Below, piece by piece: positions 1-9,145 of a stretch of 47,180 nucleotides of DNA. This DNA is from Phycisphaerales bacterium (GTDB lineage Bacteria > Planctomycetota > Phycisphaerae > Phycisphaerales > SM1A02), in the NCBI GenBank assembly GCA_014237965.1, contig JABABZ010000002.1:1-47180 (forward strand), given 5' to 3'. Position numbers and translations under genes: made by a program. Numbering within the stretch: position 1 is the first letter of the stretch; the number at the start of each line of letters is the position of its first letter. The notes beneath the pieces are model-generated. The model saw only the letters and a program-made list of their open reading frames with translations. It did no database searches and was not told the origin of the DNA.

Positions 1-243
1 GAGCATCAGCGTGCCCTTCCTCCCGAATCGATCGGACAGCTGGCCGAGAATCGGGGATCCGATGAACTCGCCGAACCGCATCATCCCCATGGCGACACCG
101 AGCAGGAACGCTCGAGTGGCCACGCTGGTTCCGTCCTGGAGCACGCCATGTTCCGTCGGATGCAGGAACATCGGCGAGAGCACGGGTGAAACCAACGCGC
201 TGGCGAAGAATCCAAGGAAGACGATGGTGTAGATGAGCAACAT
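1..243 (-). CDS. MFS transporter, N-terminal part (gene runs off the left edge)
   Basis: Reverse frame is open from position 1 to an ATG at 243-241. Hand translation MLLIYTIVFLGFFASALVSPVLSPMFLHPTEHGVLQDGTSVATRAFLLGVAMGMMRFGEFIGSPILGQLSDRFGRKGTLML shows TM1, a loop, TM2 and MFS motif A (G-x-L-S-D-R-x-G-R-K). Missing from the ORF track because it has no in-window stop. Lies directly downstream of the HlyD-type adaptor gene (EmrAB-like layout). Confidence 0.75.
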   Translation of the reverse strand, partial: MLLIYTIVFLGFFASALVSPVLSPMFLHPTEHGVLQDGTSVATRAFLLGVAMGMMRFGEFIGSPILGQLSDRFGRKGTLML

Positions 244-350
244 GGGTTCGAAGCAGACAGCCCGTGGGCACGACCATATGACTTCTCAACGACTCATGCT
301 GTTCGGAGTCGTGCGGTGACTCGTCCCTCGGTCGAACTACCCGGCCAGGA

Positions 351-2132
351 TCATCCGGGGCGTCCCTCTTTCTTTGCCGGTCCTCCGGAAGGTTTTCCGG
401 TCGAACCCGACGTCGTCGGCTTCCCGCTCGCACCTCCTGATGGTCTGCCACCACCCGACCACGGGTTGTCGGCGGCGTCTGAGACCGGAGTCTCGATCTC
501 GAAACTGATCTCACCTGGCGTCGGCCGACGCAGGAGCACGTTGTCTCCCGGCTCGATTCCCTCAAGAATCTCGACCTCCATCTCGCTCGACCGACCGATC
601 TTCACCGCTCGCTGCGCGAAGCCTCGTTCATCCGGAACGTAGACGAAGGCGATCGGACCCTTTCGGAAGACCGCCTGGATGGGAACCGACACGGCATTCT
701 CGACCTTGCCGAGAACGATTTCGCCTCGACATCGCATGGATGGCTTGAGGCCCAGCGAAGGGTCGGCGTCGAGCAGAACACGAACGGTGTAGTCACGGCG
801 ATTGGGGTCGCGCCATCCACCGCTCTCCGCCAGTACGCTCACACCAAGCACCGATGCGGGAATGGCGGTGCCGGGAAGCGAGTCGCTGTAGATGACGGCG
901 GGCTGGCCCTCCCGAACCCGGCCGCTCAGTGCCTCGCCGACCTTGAGGCTGGCGATCATCCGGCTGGTGTCCGGAAGGATCATCACCAATTCGTTCTGGC
1001 GGAGTTCCGTTCCCACCTGCGGCGGCGGCTCGTTGTCCCGGCCCCGACGCTCACCGCTCGAGAGGCTCGATGCATACACCACCAGGCCGTCGCTCGGCGC
1101 CGTGACCTTGCACGCTTCAAGTTGGTCCTTGAGATCCTGAAGACGTTCGCGGGCAGACTCTCGCTTGAACCGGGCGCTCTCGACATCTGCTTCGATCTTC
1201 ACGATCTCCGCCTCGTGCCGCTGACGAACACGTCCCTTTTCAGCACGGCTCTGCTCGACCGCGGACTTGTTCGTGGCCAGTTCCATCTTGATCGTGTAGT
1301 CCTCGTAGACCTGCTTGGCGAGTTCCGCCTCCTTGACCCGAGCTTCCGATTCGATCATCGCGATGCGATCCCGTTCATATTCATCGAGCGCGAGGAATCC
1401 CTTCTCGACGAGCTTTCGCCCGTCTTCGGCCCGCTTCACGAGTCGATCTCTATTGATCGTCGCGGTCTGGATCTCCAGATCGAGCTTCTGTCGCGCCGTG
1501 ACGACACCGCCCTCTTCCCATGCCTGCATCGCCAGCTGGGCGATCTCGATCTCGAGATCCGCCTTCTCAAGGTCGCTGGCCATCGTCGAGTTGCGGATCG
1601 CCAGCGATTGTTCCGCGGCGATGACCGAACTCTCAGCGGTCTGCACCTTGTCCTCGCCGTCCTTGATCTGATTGATCAACTCGTCGTCGGCGATACGCAG
1701 GATGACATCCCCCTCATGAACGAACGTGCCTTCGCCGACGATTTCGGTGATCACCGCTCGCGTCTCGAGCAGATTCCGAATCTCCACCTGGCGCTCCGTG
1801 GTCAACTCCCCGCTGACCGGGATCACGATCTGGAAGTCTCCACGATCGACGGTGTGGATCTGAGATGCGTCGATCGATGACTCGACCGGCTCAGCCCCGC
1901 CCAATGAGACGATCACGGCCGTACCGATGACCACCACCGCCAGAACGGCGATCACGGCCGACAGAATCTTGCCTTGATGACGACGGGCGAAAGATGCATG
2001 GAGTGAATTTCGGAAGAGCATGACGAGAGCGACCTCTTGCTGGATGGGAAGGATGGCTGAGCGACCCCTCGGGGCTTCGTGCAGCCGGGTGCCGTTGGAT
2101 TCTTGTACCGGGGCACGGAGCCGATGATGCAT
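351..2132 (-). CDS. HlyD-family membrane-fusion / periplasmic adaptor protein
   Basis: 593-aa ORF with an N-terminal TM anchor (ILSAVIAVLAVVVIGTAVIV) and a lipoyl-like segment (GDVILRIAD). It has a long E/A/R/K-rich coiled-coil hairpin and a C-terminal barrel segment (VSVPIQAVFRKGP...AVKIGRSSEMEVEILEGIEPGDNVLL), then a G/S/P-rich tail. GAGG lies 5 nt upstream of ATG 2132; an alternative ATG is at 2021. Confidence 0.85.
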   Translation of the reverse strand: MHHRLRAPVQESNGTRLHEAPRGRSAILPIQQEVALVMLFRNSLHASFARRHQGKILSAVIAVLAVVVIGTAVIVSLGGAEPVESSIDASQIHTVDRGDFQIVIPVSGELTTERQVEIRNLLETRAVITEIVGEGTFVHEGDVILRIADDELINQIKDGEDKVQTAESSVIAAEQSLAIRNSTMASDLEKADLEIEIAQLAMQAWEEGGVVTARQKLDLEIQTATINRDRLVKRAEDGRKLVEKGFLALDEYERDRIAMIESEARVKEAELAKQVYEDYTIKMELATNKSAVEQSRAEKGRVRQRHEAEIVKIEADVESARFKRESARERLQDLKDQLEACKVTAPSDGLVVYASSLSSGERRGRDNEPPPQVGTELRQNELVMILPDTSRMIASLKVGEALSGRVREGQPAVIYSDSLPGTAIPASVLGVSVLAESGGWRDPNRRDYTVRVLLDADPSLGLKPSMRCRGEIVLGKVENAVSVPIQAVFRKGPIAFVYVPDERGFAQRAVKIGRSSEMEVEILEGIEPGDNVLLRRPTPGEISFEIETPVSDAADNPWSGGGRPSGGASGKPTTSGSTGKPSGGPAKKEGRPG

Positions 2133-2334
2133 CGGAGCCTCGCCTGAGAGCCGAAACAGACCCTGAAGCCTACCTCAACGACCGACCACACCACGGTTTC
2201 GAGCTGGCGAACGGGTGGATTCACGGGGAAACGCCGCCCCTCCTCAGGTTCAATCGGAACGCGGAGAAGTCCCCGTTGAATCTTCTTGCTCCGGGACGAC
2301 CATCCAGAGGCAGCTTGCACGCTACCTTCCGAAG

Positions 2335-3273
2335 ATGCGCCTGACGCCACTGACCTCCGACCTTCTCTTGCTCATTGCCGCGGCAATCTGGGGATTCGGG
2401 TTCATTGCCCAAAAGGAGGCCATGGATGAGGTCGGGCCCCTGACCTTCAACGCCGTCCGATTCGCGATCGGCGCACTCGCCGTGGCACCTCTGCGGCTCT
2501 TCATTCCGCGAGTCAAGTCTGCCACCTCGCCGGAGGAACGGCGTGAGGAGAGATCGCTCCTCATTCGTGGGTCGATTCTGCTCGGACTGGTCGTCGCCCT
2601 CGCGTCCGCATTCCAGCAGTGGGGAATCGTTGGAACCGATGCGGGACCGGCCGGCTTCATCACCGGCCTTTATGTGGTCTTCACGCCGCTGGTGGGCTTG
2701 TTGATCGGCATTCGAACCGGAGTCGCCACCTGGCTCGGATGCGGCCTTGCCGTCGTGGGAATGTGGTTTCTCGGTGTGAAGGCCGATACCAGTGGATTTC
2801 AGATCGACATTCCCTCGTTACTGGTCCTGCTCGGCGCGGTTGGTTGGGCGGTGCAGGTACAGATCGTCGGTCGGTACTCACCGAAGACCGACCCGATCGA
2901 ACTGACCGTGCTTCAGTTCACGGTCGTCGCCATCACGACTTTCATCGCGGCCATTCTGATCGAGGGGCCAGAACAGGCCCTCGGCATCGGGCGGGCCCTT
3001 CGCGAGGCGACCTGGGAGATCCTCTATTCCGGAGTCCTCGCGATCGGCGTTGCCTTCTTCCTTCAGATCGTCGCCCAGCGAAAGTCTCCCCCGGCTCACG
3101 TGGCGATCCTGCTGAGCCTCGAAGCGGTGTTCGCCGCACTTGGCGGATGGTGGTTGCTGGGCGAGAACTACGACGGGCGAACCATGATCGGGTGCGGGTT
3201 CATGTTGGCTGGGATCGTCGCCAGCCAACTTCCCCGTTTCGTCGGCCCAAGACGCTCGATATCTCCGCGATGA
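2335..3273 (+). CDS. EamA/DMT-family drug/metabolite transporter
   Basis: ORF 2215..3273 trimmed to ATG 2335, where the hydrophobic core begins (LLLLIAAAIWGFGFIAQKEAM). About ten hydrophobic segments in two EamA-like halves. The start is uncertain; a GTG at 2215 is also possible. Confidence 0.8.
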   Translation: MRLTPLTSDLLLLIAAAIWGFGFIAQKEAMDEVGPLTFNAVRFAIGALAVAPLRLFIPRVKSATSPEERREERSLLIRGSILLGLVVALASAFQQWGIVGTDAGPAGFITGLYVVFTPLVGLLIGIRTGVATWLGCGLAVVGMWFLGVKADTSGFQIDIPSLLVLLGAVGWAVQVQIVGRYSPKTDPIELTVLQFTVVAITTFIAAILIEGPEQALGIGRALREATWEILYSGVLAIGVAFFLQIVAQRKSPPAHVAILLSLEAVFAALGGWWLLGENYDGRTMIGCGFMLAGIVASQLPRFVGPRRSISPR

Positions 3274-3434
3274 GGCTTCATCGTCGGTTCGGGAGCACGG
3301 CCTGACCATGTAAAACCCTGCGGTGAAGGGAGTTGCAATAAGCACTTCTATTTTGCTGTCCTGAGCGTGCCATACACTCTATTCTTGGTGATGCTCAACA
3401 AACCCTCGTTTGCGGGGTGGTTGCGGGACTCCAA

Positions 3435-3456
3435 CTTGGATCGTTCTTGGATCGTT
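3435..3456. repeat. Perfect 11-bp tandem direct repeat CTTGGATCGTT x2 inside an inverted repeat
   Basis: Read directly: cttggatcgtt (3435-3445) and cttggatcgtt (3446-3456). Flanked by GGACTCC (3426-3432) and its complement GGAGTCC (3462-3468). Lies about 80 nt upstream of the PEP-CTERM gene start in a less GC-rich spacer. Confidence 0.9.
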
Positions 3457-3535
3457 GGTTCGGAGTCCTGAACTCTTGAATGCGAATTACGCCGCGTGAC
3501 GCATGCATGACTGTCAAAAATCCCGGAGAGATGAG

Positions 3536-4288
3536 ATGACCCGCGAATCAAAATCAAAGATGCCTTCCCGACTTGAGGCCTACACGAAAATCGGCAAGCA
3601 GACGAGTGCCATCGGTGCGTTCGGAATCGCGGCCGTCGCGGTCACCGGAGCCGCAGACGCCGCGCTTCAGACCTGGACCGTCGGTCAGAACTTTGGATAC
3701 AACAACAGGGCTGCCACCGCTGGTGCCGACCTCGCCCTTACAGCGACGTTCAACAGCGCGTTCAAGGTCAATTTCTTCAACACCGGCACGGTCAACCAGA
3801 CTAACCAGCAGATCAAACAGCAGGTCCTCTGGGCGCCGAACAACAATCTTTCGTTCATCAACTGGGGGACCGCGAACGACGGGGAGGACTACAACGACCC
3901 CGCCCAATGGCGCGGGGCTCAGACGTTCGGAGCCAGCGCCTTGAATGGTGTCGCCTCCGCATTCGGGCCCGCGTACACCGTGCATAGCTGGTTCCAGGCG
4001 GTGAATAGCCACACCACTTCCAACGACATCGCGTGGTCCAGCTTTGGTGCCACACCTCAGGGTGCGCTCGCGATCGGCATCCGCTTTGATGCCGGGGCAG
4101 GCAACTACCATTACGGGTGGGTGGAGATCTCCAACGACGCAAACGGCGCCTATTCCGTCGAACGCTGGGCGGTCGAGACGACCGCGAACACCGCGGCGTC
4201 CTACGCACCGGTCCCCGGTCCGATGGGCCTGACCGCCCTGGCCCTCGGTGCCGCCGGCATCCGCCGATCGCGGAAACGATCCGCCTGA
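3536..4288 (+). CDS. PEP-CTERM-type sorting-signal secreted protein (variant VPGP motif)
   Basis: ORF 3503..4288 trimmed to ATG 3536, which has GGAGAG 5 nt upstream. Signal peptide AIGAFGIAAVAVTGAADA. N/T/A/G-rich body containing YHYGWVEI. C-terminus APVPGPMGLTALALGAAGIRRSRKRSA matches the PEP-CTERM layout (Pro-rich motif, TM helix, Arg/Lys cluster). Confidence 0.7.
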   Translation: MTRESKSKMPSRLEAYTKIGKQTSAIGAFGIAAVAVTGAADAALQTWTVGQNFGYNNRAATAGADLALTATFNSAFKVNFFNTGTVNQTNQQIKQQVLWAPNNNLSFINWGTANDGEDYNDPAQWRGAQTFGASALNGVASAFGPAYTVHSWFQAVNSHTTSNDIAWSSFGATPQGALAIGIRFDAGAGNYHYGWVEISNDANGAYSVERWAVETTANTAASYAPVPGPMGLTALALGAAGIRRSRKRSA

Positions 4289-4339
4289 TTCCGCTGCTCG
4301 GCCCCGGATGAGAGATCTGATGTTCGCTGACTCCCACGA

Positions 4340-4371
4340 GGGCCGTCCACTTCGGACGGCCCTTGTGTCTT
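4340..4371 (+). terminator. Intrinsic terminator after the PEP-CTERM gene
   Basis: Perfect 9-bp GC-rich stem GGGCCGTCC (4340-4348) / GGACGGCCC (4354-4362) with a 5-nt loop ACTTC, followed by the T-rich tail ttgtgtctt. Confidence 0.75.
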
Positions 4372-4446
4372 GCGTAGCTGGGCTTTTCGTGGTTTGAAGA
4401 CTTGATTGGACGTCCTTTTCCGTCGTCGGACCACTACAGTGATGGA

Positions 4447-7400
4447 ATGGACGCCGGACCCGATCAGACTCGATGGAATCGCCGATGTATCCCGCTCCTC
4501 ACGTTGCTCGGGGCGACTTCGGTGCTGACTGCAGGTGTCGCGGGATCCGACGACCCCGTGGTTCCGGACGACGCGGTGCATGCTGGTGTTCCATCCTCCA
4601 GCGATTCGGTCGACTTCAATCGCGACGTCCGACCGATCCTGGTCGCTCGATGCTTCGTCTGTCACGGTCCCGATGAATCCACCAGAGAGCGAGGCCTTCG
4701 GCTCGATCTCCGAGACGGTGCCGTCGAACCTGCCAAGCCGGGACGTGATCCCGCGATCGTTCCCGGTGACGCCGAACGCAGCCTGCTCATCGAGCGGATC
4801 ACCGATCACCTTGATCCGATGCCGCCCTCGGGAGAACCATTGACTGCGGCGGAGATCGACACGCTTCGGCGTTGGATCGATGACGGCGCGGAATACGCCG
4901 GACATTGGTCCTGGGAACCCGTCGGCGAGCCGAGCCCACCCACGATCGCATCCGAAGATCAGTTCCTGATCCGAACCGACATCGATCGCTTCATCATTGA
5001 TGCCTTGGAAAAGGCCGATCTTGACCCATCCGGCGACGCCGCACCAGCCCGCCAGGTGAGACGACTTTCCTACGACCTGGTCGGCCTGCCTCCGGACCCG
5101 ACGATCGTCGCGGCCTTTGAAGCGGACCCGAGCGAGGCGCACTGGGACCGATTGGTCGAGGGGTATCTTGCCTCGCCCGGTTTCGGAGAACGATGGGGGC
5201 GGCACTGGCTGGATCTCGTTCGCTACGCCGAGACCTGCGGCCATGAGTTCGACTACCCCATCCGCGAAGCGTGGCGATACCGGGACTGGGTGGTTCGCGC
5301 CCTCAACGATGATCTTCCCTATGACCGATTCGTTCGGGAGCAGATCGCCGGTGATCTCCTCGACCCTCGGATCAATCCCGCGGATGGAACCAACGAGAGC
5401 GTGGTGGGCACCGGCTTCTGGTATTTCCACCAGGCCGTACACGCACCGACCGACGTCACTCAGGATCAGTCCGACCGGATCGCGAACCAGCTCGAGGTCC
5501 TCGGGCAGGGTTTCCTCGGCGTCACCGTCGCGTGCGCTCGTTGCCATGATCACAAGTTCGACGCCATCTCGACCCGCGACTATTACGCGCTCTCTGGATA
5601 CATGCAGTCGATGCATCAGGGCTACGCCTATCAGGATCCGGGCGGGATGATCGAGGCCGCGGTCGCCCGGCTGGTTGAAGACCGACCCGAGCCGATCGGG
5701 ACTTCGCACATCGAGCCGGCGATACTCGCCTCCTATCTCAAGGCAGCTTCGGACGCTCGCGAACTTGACTCGTCCTCATCGATCGCCGAAGAGCGAGGAC
5801 TCGACGACGAACTCCTCGCGCGATGGATCACGGTGTTCGAGGAAGAAGACTGGCAGAGTCCGGAACATCCGTGGCATGCCTGGATCGCGCTCGGTCATCA
5901 GCAGGGGCTCGCATCCGAGGATGTCCGAACACCATTGCTGGCCGCCCTCGACCGCGAGACCGACGAGTCCGCGACCATCCTGGAGTCGTTCGATCGGTCA
6001 TCGCCTGACTTGCGGTGGTATTCAACGGGATGGGCGTGGAATGATCGCGACGACGATCGGCCATCACCGACCACATCAGGCACCCTGGCCAGCGACACGC
6101 TCGAACCGCGGCTTCAGGGAACCCTGCGCAGCGAGACCTTCACGCTCGACCAGCGGTTCCTTCACTGGCGGGTTCGTGGAACCGGCGAAGGCGCCCGAAT
6201 CCGTCTGGTCGTTGAAGGCATGGTGATGGATGAATTCAATGCGCTGTTGTTCTCCGGTTACCGGCAGGACGTCGCCACCAAGAACGGATGGCGTCACGTG
6301 GTCATGGACACCAGGCTGCAGCCCGGATGCCGCGCCCACCTCGAGTTGATCGATGATGGTCCGGGCCGACTCGAAGTCGATGCGATCTGGATGAGTGACC
6401 ACGGAGGTCGCGCGCCCTCGATCATCAAACGGCCCGAGTGGATCGATCCGGCCCGCGCCGGCGACCGAGATCGTTTCACCCTTGAATTCGCACGAGCCGC
6501 GTCGGAACGGACCCGAGACGGCGAAGAGGGCATCGTCCTTCGAGACCCTCTGATCGCCGCCGGCCTCTGGGGGGCCGACCTCGCTGCCGCCGATGCGGCG
6601 CGAGATCGAAGAACTCGGGAGTTCGATCGCCGGAGCGCGGTCGCGGACGCCGTGCCGAATCCTCGTCGTGTACTGGCCGCCAACGAAGGAAGTGGCGTGG
6701 ACCAGCCGATCTACGTTCGCGGATCGCACAAGACCTCCGGCGAGATCGCGACTCGTTCCTTCATCGAGTCGATCGCGAAGGATCCGGCTTCACCACCGGT
6801 TGACGGCTCCGGTCGACTTCAACTCGCCGATGCGATCCTCGAAGAGGCGAACCCGCTTCCCGCTCGCGTGTTCGTCAATCGCGTGTGGCACCATCTCTTC
6901 GGACGGGGGCTGGTCTCCACCACCGACGACTTCGGTGGCTTGGGAACCATGCCCTCGCATCCGGCATTGCTCGATCATCTCGCCACCCGGTTCCAATCCG
7001 ACTGGTCCATCAAGAACCTGATTCGCTCGATCGTGAAGTCAAGCGTGTATCGGCGGTCGAGCATGGCGACTCGGGAAACGGCGATCCGCATGCTGACGGT
7101 CGATCCTCAGAACGAACTTCTCGCCATCGCACCGATCCGACGGCTTCAAGCGGAAGCCATCCGAGATGCGCTCCTCGCAGTCAGTGGCCGGCTCGTCGAT
7201 CAGGTCGGAGGTCCGCCGATCGCGACGCACCTGACTCCGTTCATGACCGGCCGCGGCCGACCCGGGGGAAGCGGGCCGATGGACGGCGACGGGCGACGAA
7301 GCCTGTATCTCGAAGTCCGGCGCAACTTTCCCGATCCGATGCTGGCCGCCTTCGACCAGCCTCCACCGAGCACCACGGTGGGAACTCGGAATGTCTCGAA

Positions 7401-7671
7401 CGTTCCAGCCCAGTCGCTCGTATTCCTCAATGATCCACTCGTACATGAACTTGCCGAAATCTGGGCGGTTCGAATCCTCGATGACACCACTCTGGAATCT
7501 GATCGCTCCAGAGCCGACCGGATGTGGCGAACCGCATTCGCCGTCGAACCCTCCGACCGGGATCTCGACGCCATCGTGTCCTTCGTGGCGGCTGGAGATG
7601 ATCGAAGCGAACGCTGGACCGACGTCGCGCATGTCCTCTTCAACACCAAGGCATTCATCTACCTCGACTGA
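4447..7671 (+). CDS. PSCyt1 / PSCyt2 (DUF1549) / PSD (DUF1553) multidomain protein
   Basis: N-terminal signal-like segment IPLLTLLGATSVLTAGVAG. Planctomycete cytochrome-c-like motif RPILVARCFVCHGPD (CxxCH). DUF1549-like IDRFIIDALEKADLDP...RRLSYDLVGLPPDP. DUF1553-like ACARCHDHKFDAISTRDYY. The ORF-track start is TTG 4402; ATG 4447 is preferred but uncertain. Confidence 0.85.
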   Translation: MDAGPDQTRWNRRCIPLLTLLGATSVLTAGVAGSDDPVVPDDAVHAGVPSSSDSVDFNRDVRPILVARCFVCHGPDESTRERGLRLDLRDGAVEPAKPGRDPAIVPGDAERSLLIERITDHLDPMPPSGEPLTAAEIDTLRRWIDDGAEYAGHWSWEPVGEPSPPTIASEDQFLIRTDIDRFIIDALEKADLDPSGDAAPARQVRRLSYDLVGLPPDPTIVAAFEADPSEAHWDRLVEGYLASPGFGERWGRHWLDLVRYAETCGHEFDYPIREAWRYRDWVVRALNDDLPYDRFVREQIAGDLLDPRINPADGTNESVVGTGFWYFHQAVHAPTDVTQDQSDRIANQLEVLGQGFLGVTVACARCHDHKFDAISTRDYYALSGYMQSMHQGYAYQDPGGMIEAAVARLVEDRPEPIGTSHIEPAILASYLKAASDARELDSSSSIAEERGLDDELLARWITVFEEEDWQSPEHPWHAWIALGHQQGLASEDVRTPLLAALDRETDESATILESFDRSSPDLRWYSTGWAWNDRDDDRPSPTTSGTLASDTLEPRLQGTLRSETFTLDQRFLHWRVRGTGEGARIRLVVEGMVMDEFNALLFSGYRQDVATKNGWRHVVMDTRLQPGCRAHLELIDDGPGRLEVDAIWMSDHGGRAPSIIKRPEWIDPARAGDRDRFTLEFARAASERTRDGEEGIVLRDPLIAAGLWGADLAAADAARDRRTREFDRRSAVADAVPNPRRVLAANEGSGVDQPIYVRGSHKTSGEIATRSFIESIAKDPASPPVDGSGRLQLADAILEEANPLPARVFVNRVWHHLFGRGLVSTTDDFGGLGTMPSHPALLDHLATRFQSDWSIKNLIRSIVKSSVYRRSSMATRETAIRMLTVDPQNELLAIAPIRRLQAEAIRDALLAVSGRLVDQVGGPPIATHLTPFMTGRGRPGGSGPMDGDGRRSLYLEVRRNFPDPMLAAFDQPPPSTTVGTRNVSNVPAQSLVFLNDPLVHELAEIWAVRILDDTTLESDRSRADRMWRTAFAVEPSDRDLDAIVSFVAAGDDRSERWTDVAHVLFNTKAFIYLD

Positions 7672-7683
7672 ATCACCGAACCG

Positions 7684-9132
7684 ATGACCACCGACCCTCC
7701 AACCTCGCACCACTGCGGACGATTCGTCGCCGGCCCGACCAGTCGGCGACAGATGCTTCGTCAAGTGGCCGGCGGATTCGGACTCGCCGCGTTCGCCGCG
7801 TTGATGCATGAGGAGTCGGCCGCCGCCGCGAGCCCGTATCGCATCGCCCGAGACGGCATGCTTCCCGAGCCGCACCATGCACCCAAGGCCACCAGTGTGA
7901 TCTTCCTCTACATGGACGGCGGCCCGGGCCAGATGGACACCTTCGATCCGAAGCCCGTGCTGACCGACCAACACGGCCAGCCGTTTCCGATGAAGAAGGA
8001 AGTGACGCAATTCGACTCGAATGGCAACTGTCTCGGAACGCCTTGGAAGTTTCGTCCTGGCGGAACCTGCGGTACACCGGTGAGTGATCTGTTCCCGCAT
8101 GTCCGAGAGATGGCCGATGAACTTCTAGTGGTTCGCTCGATGACTTCTCCGTTCAACGAACACACCAATGCCAACTACTTCCTGCACACCGGTCTGGGGC
8201 TCGCGGGTCGACCGTCAATGGGCGCTTGGGCGACCTACGGACTCGGGAGCGAAAACCGAAACCTGCCTGGATTCGTGGTTCTTGATGGCGGGCTGACTCC
8301 ACCCGGTGGACTGCAGTGCTTCGGTAACAGTTTTCTCCCCGCGACTCATCAGGGCTCGGTGCTCCGCCCGGCCGAAGAAGTACTCGCCAACGTTCGACCG
8401 CGCGATGAAGTCGATCGACAACGCCGGAAGTTGACCCTCGTCGATGCGTTGGACCAGCGAAATCGTGGAGCATCAAGCGATCAGATCGAAAGCGCCATCC
8501 GAAACCAGGAACTTGCCTTCCGCATGCAGTTCTCCGTTCCCGAAGCGACCAGCATCGACGGCGAGTCGGAGTCGACCCGGCGGATGTACGGACTGGACGC
8601 CGAGTATGAACAGACGAAGATCTTCGGTCGCGAATGCCTTCTCGCCCGCAGGCTCGTCGAGCGGGGCGTTCGATTCATCGAGTGCACCTGCCCTCATGTC
8701 GGGGCCGACCGATGGGATCAGCACGGAAAACTGAAGGAAGGCCACGGAAACAACGCCCGCGCCGTCGATCAACCGATCGGGGCGTTGCTCAAGGATCTGA
8801 AACAACGCGGGCTTCTCGATACGACGCTGGTGATCTGGGGCGCGGAGTTCGGCCGGACTCCGTTCAGTCAGGGATCGGATGGCCGTGACCACAACCAGTA
8901 TGGATTCAGCATGTGGTTGGCGGGCGGCGGCATCGCCGGCGGACGCACCTTCGGTGCCACTGACGAGTACGGCTACAAGGCGGTCGACCGACCCGTGGAG
9001 ATCCACGACCTCCACGCCACCATGCTGCACCTTCTCGGGATCGACCACGAGCGACTCACCCGCCGATTCGGTGGTCGGGACATGCGGCTCACCGACGTGC
9101 ATGGCACGGTGATGCACGACTGGATCGCCTGA
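7684..9132 (+). CDS. DUF1501 (sulfatase-fold) protein with Tat-type signal
   Basis: Begins 12 nt after the DUF1553 gene stop. Twin-arginine-like leader TSRRQMLRQVAGGFGLAAFAAL. Motifs FLYMDGGPGQMDTFDPKP and WGAEFGRTP...GRDHN are typical of DUF1501, the usual partner of DUF1553 proteins. Confidence 0.85.
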   Translation: MTTDPPTSHHCGRFVAGPTSRRQMLRQVAGGFGLAAFAALMHEESAAAASPYRIARDGMLPEPHHAPKATSVIFLYMDGGPGQMDTFDPKPVLTDQHGQPFPMKKEVTQFDSNGNCLGTPWKFRPGGTCGTPVSDLFPHVREMADELLVVRSMTSPFNEHTNANYFLHTGLGLAGRPSMGAWATYGLGSENRNLPGFVVLDGGLTPPGGLQCFGNSFLPATHQGSVLRPAEEVLANVRPRDEVDRQRRKLTLVDALDQRNRGASSDQIESAIRNQELAFRMQFSVPEATSIDGESESTRRMYGLDAEYEQTKIFGRECLLARRLVERGVRFIECTCPHVGADRWDQHGKLKEGHGNNARAVDQPIGALLKDLKQRGLLDTTLVIWGAEFGRTPFSQGSDGRDHNQYGFSMWLAGGGIAGGRTFGATDEYGYKAVDRPVEIHDLHATMLHLLGIDHERLTRRFGGRDMRLTDVHGTVMHDWIA

Positions 9133-9145
9133 GCCGCGGCCTCTG

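Noticed and set aside
11-232. 73-aa plus-strand ORF at the window start
   Set aside because: It is antisense to the MFS N-terminus, which shows motif A and TM segments.
3454-3468. gttggttcggagtcc resembles a tRNA T-arm (GGTTCGAnTCC)
   Set aside because: It has an extra base in the loop. I could not build an acceptor, D or anticodon arm from the flanking sequence. The complementary arm lies 30 nt upstream and encloses the 11-mer tandem repeat instead.
4201-5709. 502-aa minus-strand ORF overlapping the PSCyt/DUF1553 gene. Similar cases: 9218..10720 (+), 15224..16351 (+), 16965..17924 (+), 28583..30010 (+), 7039..8100 (-), 8473..9474 (-)
   Set aside because: Each is antisense or out of frame to a CDS with clear family motifs. 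The products are Arg/Pro/Gly/Asp-rich without TM or catalytic signatures. They are compositional artefacts of high GC.
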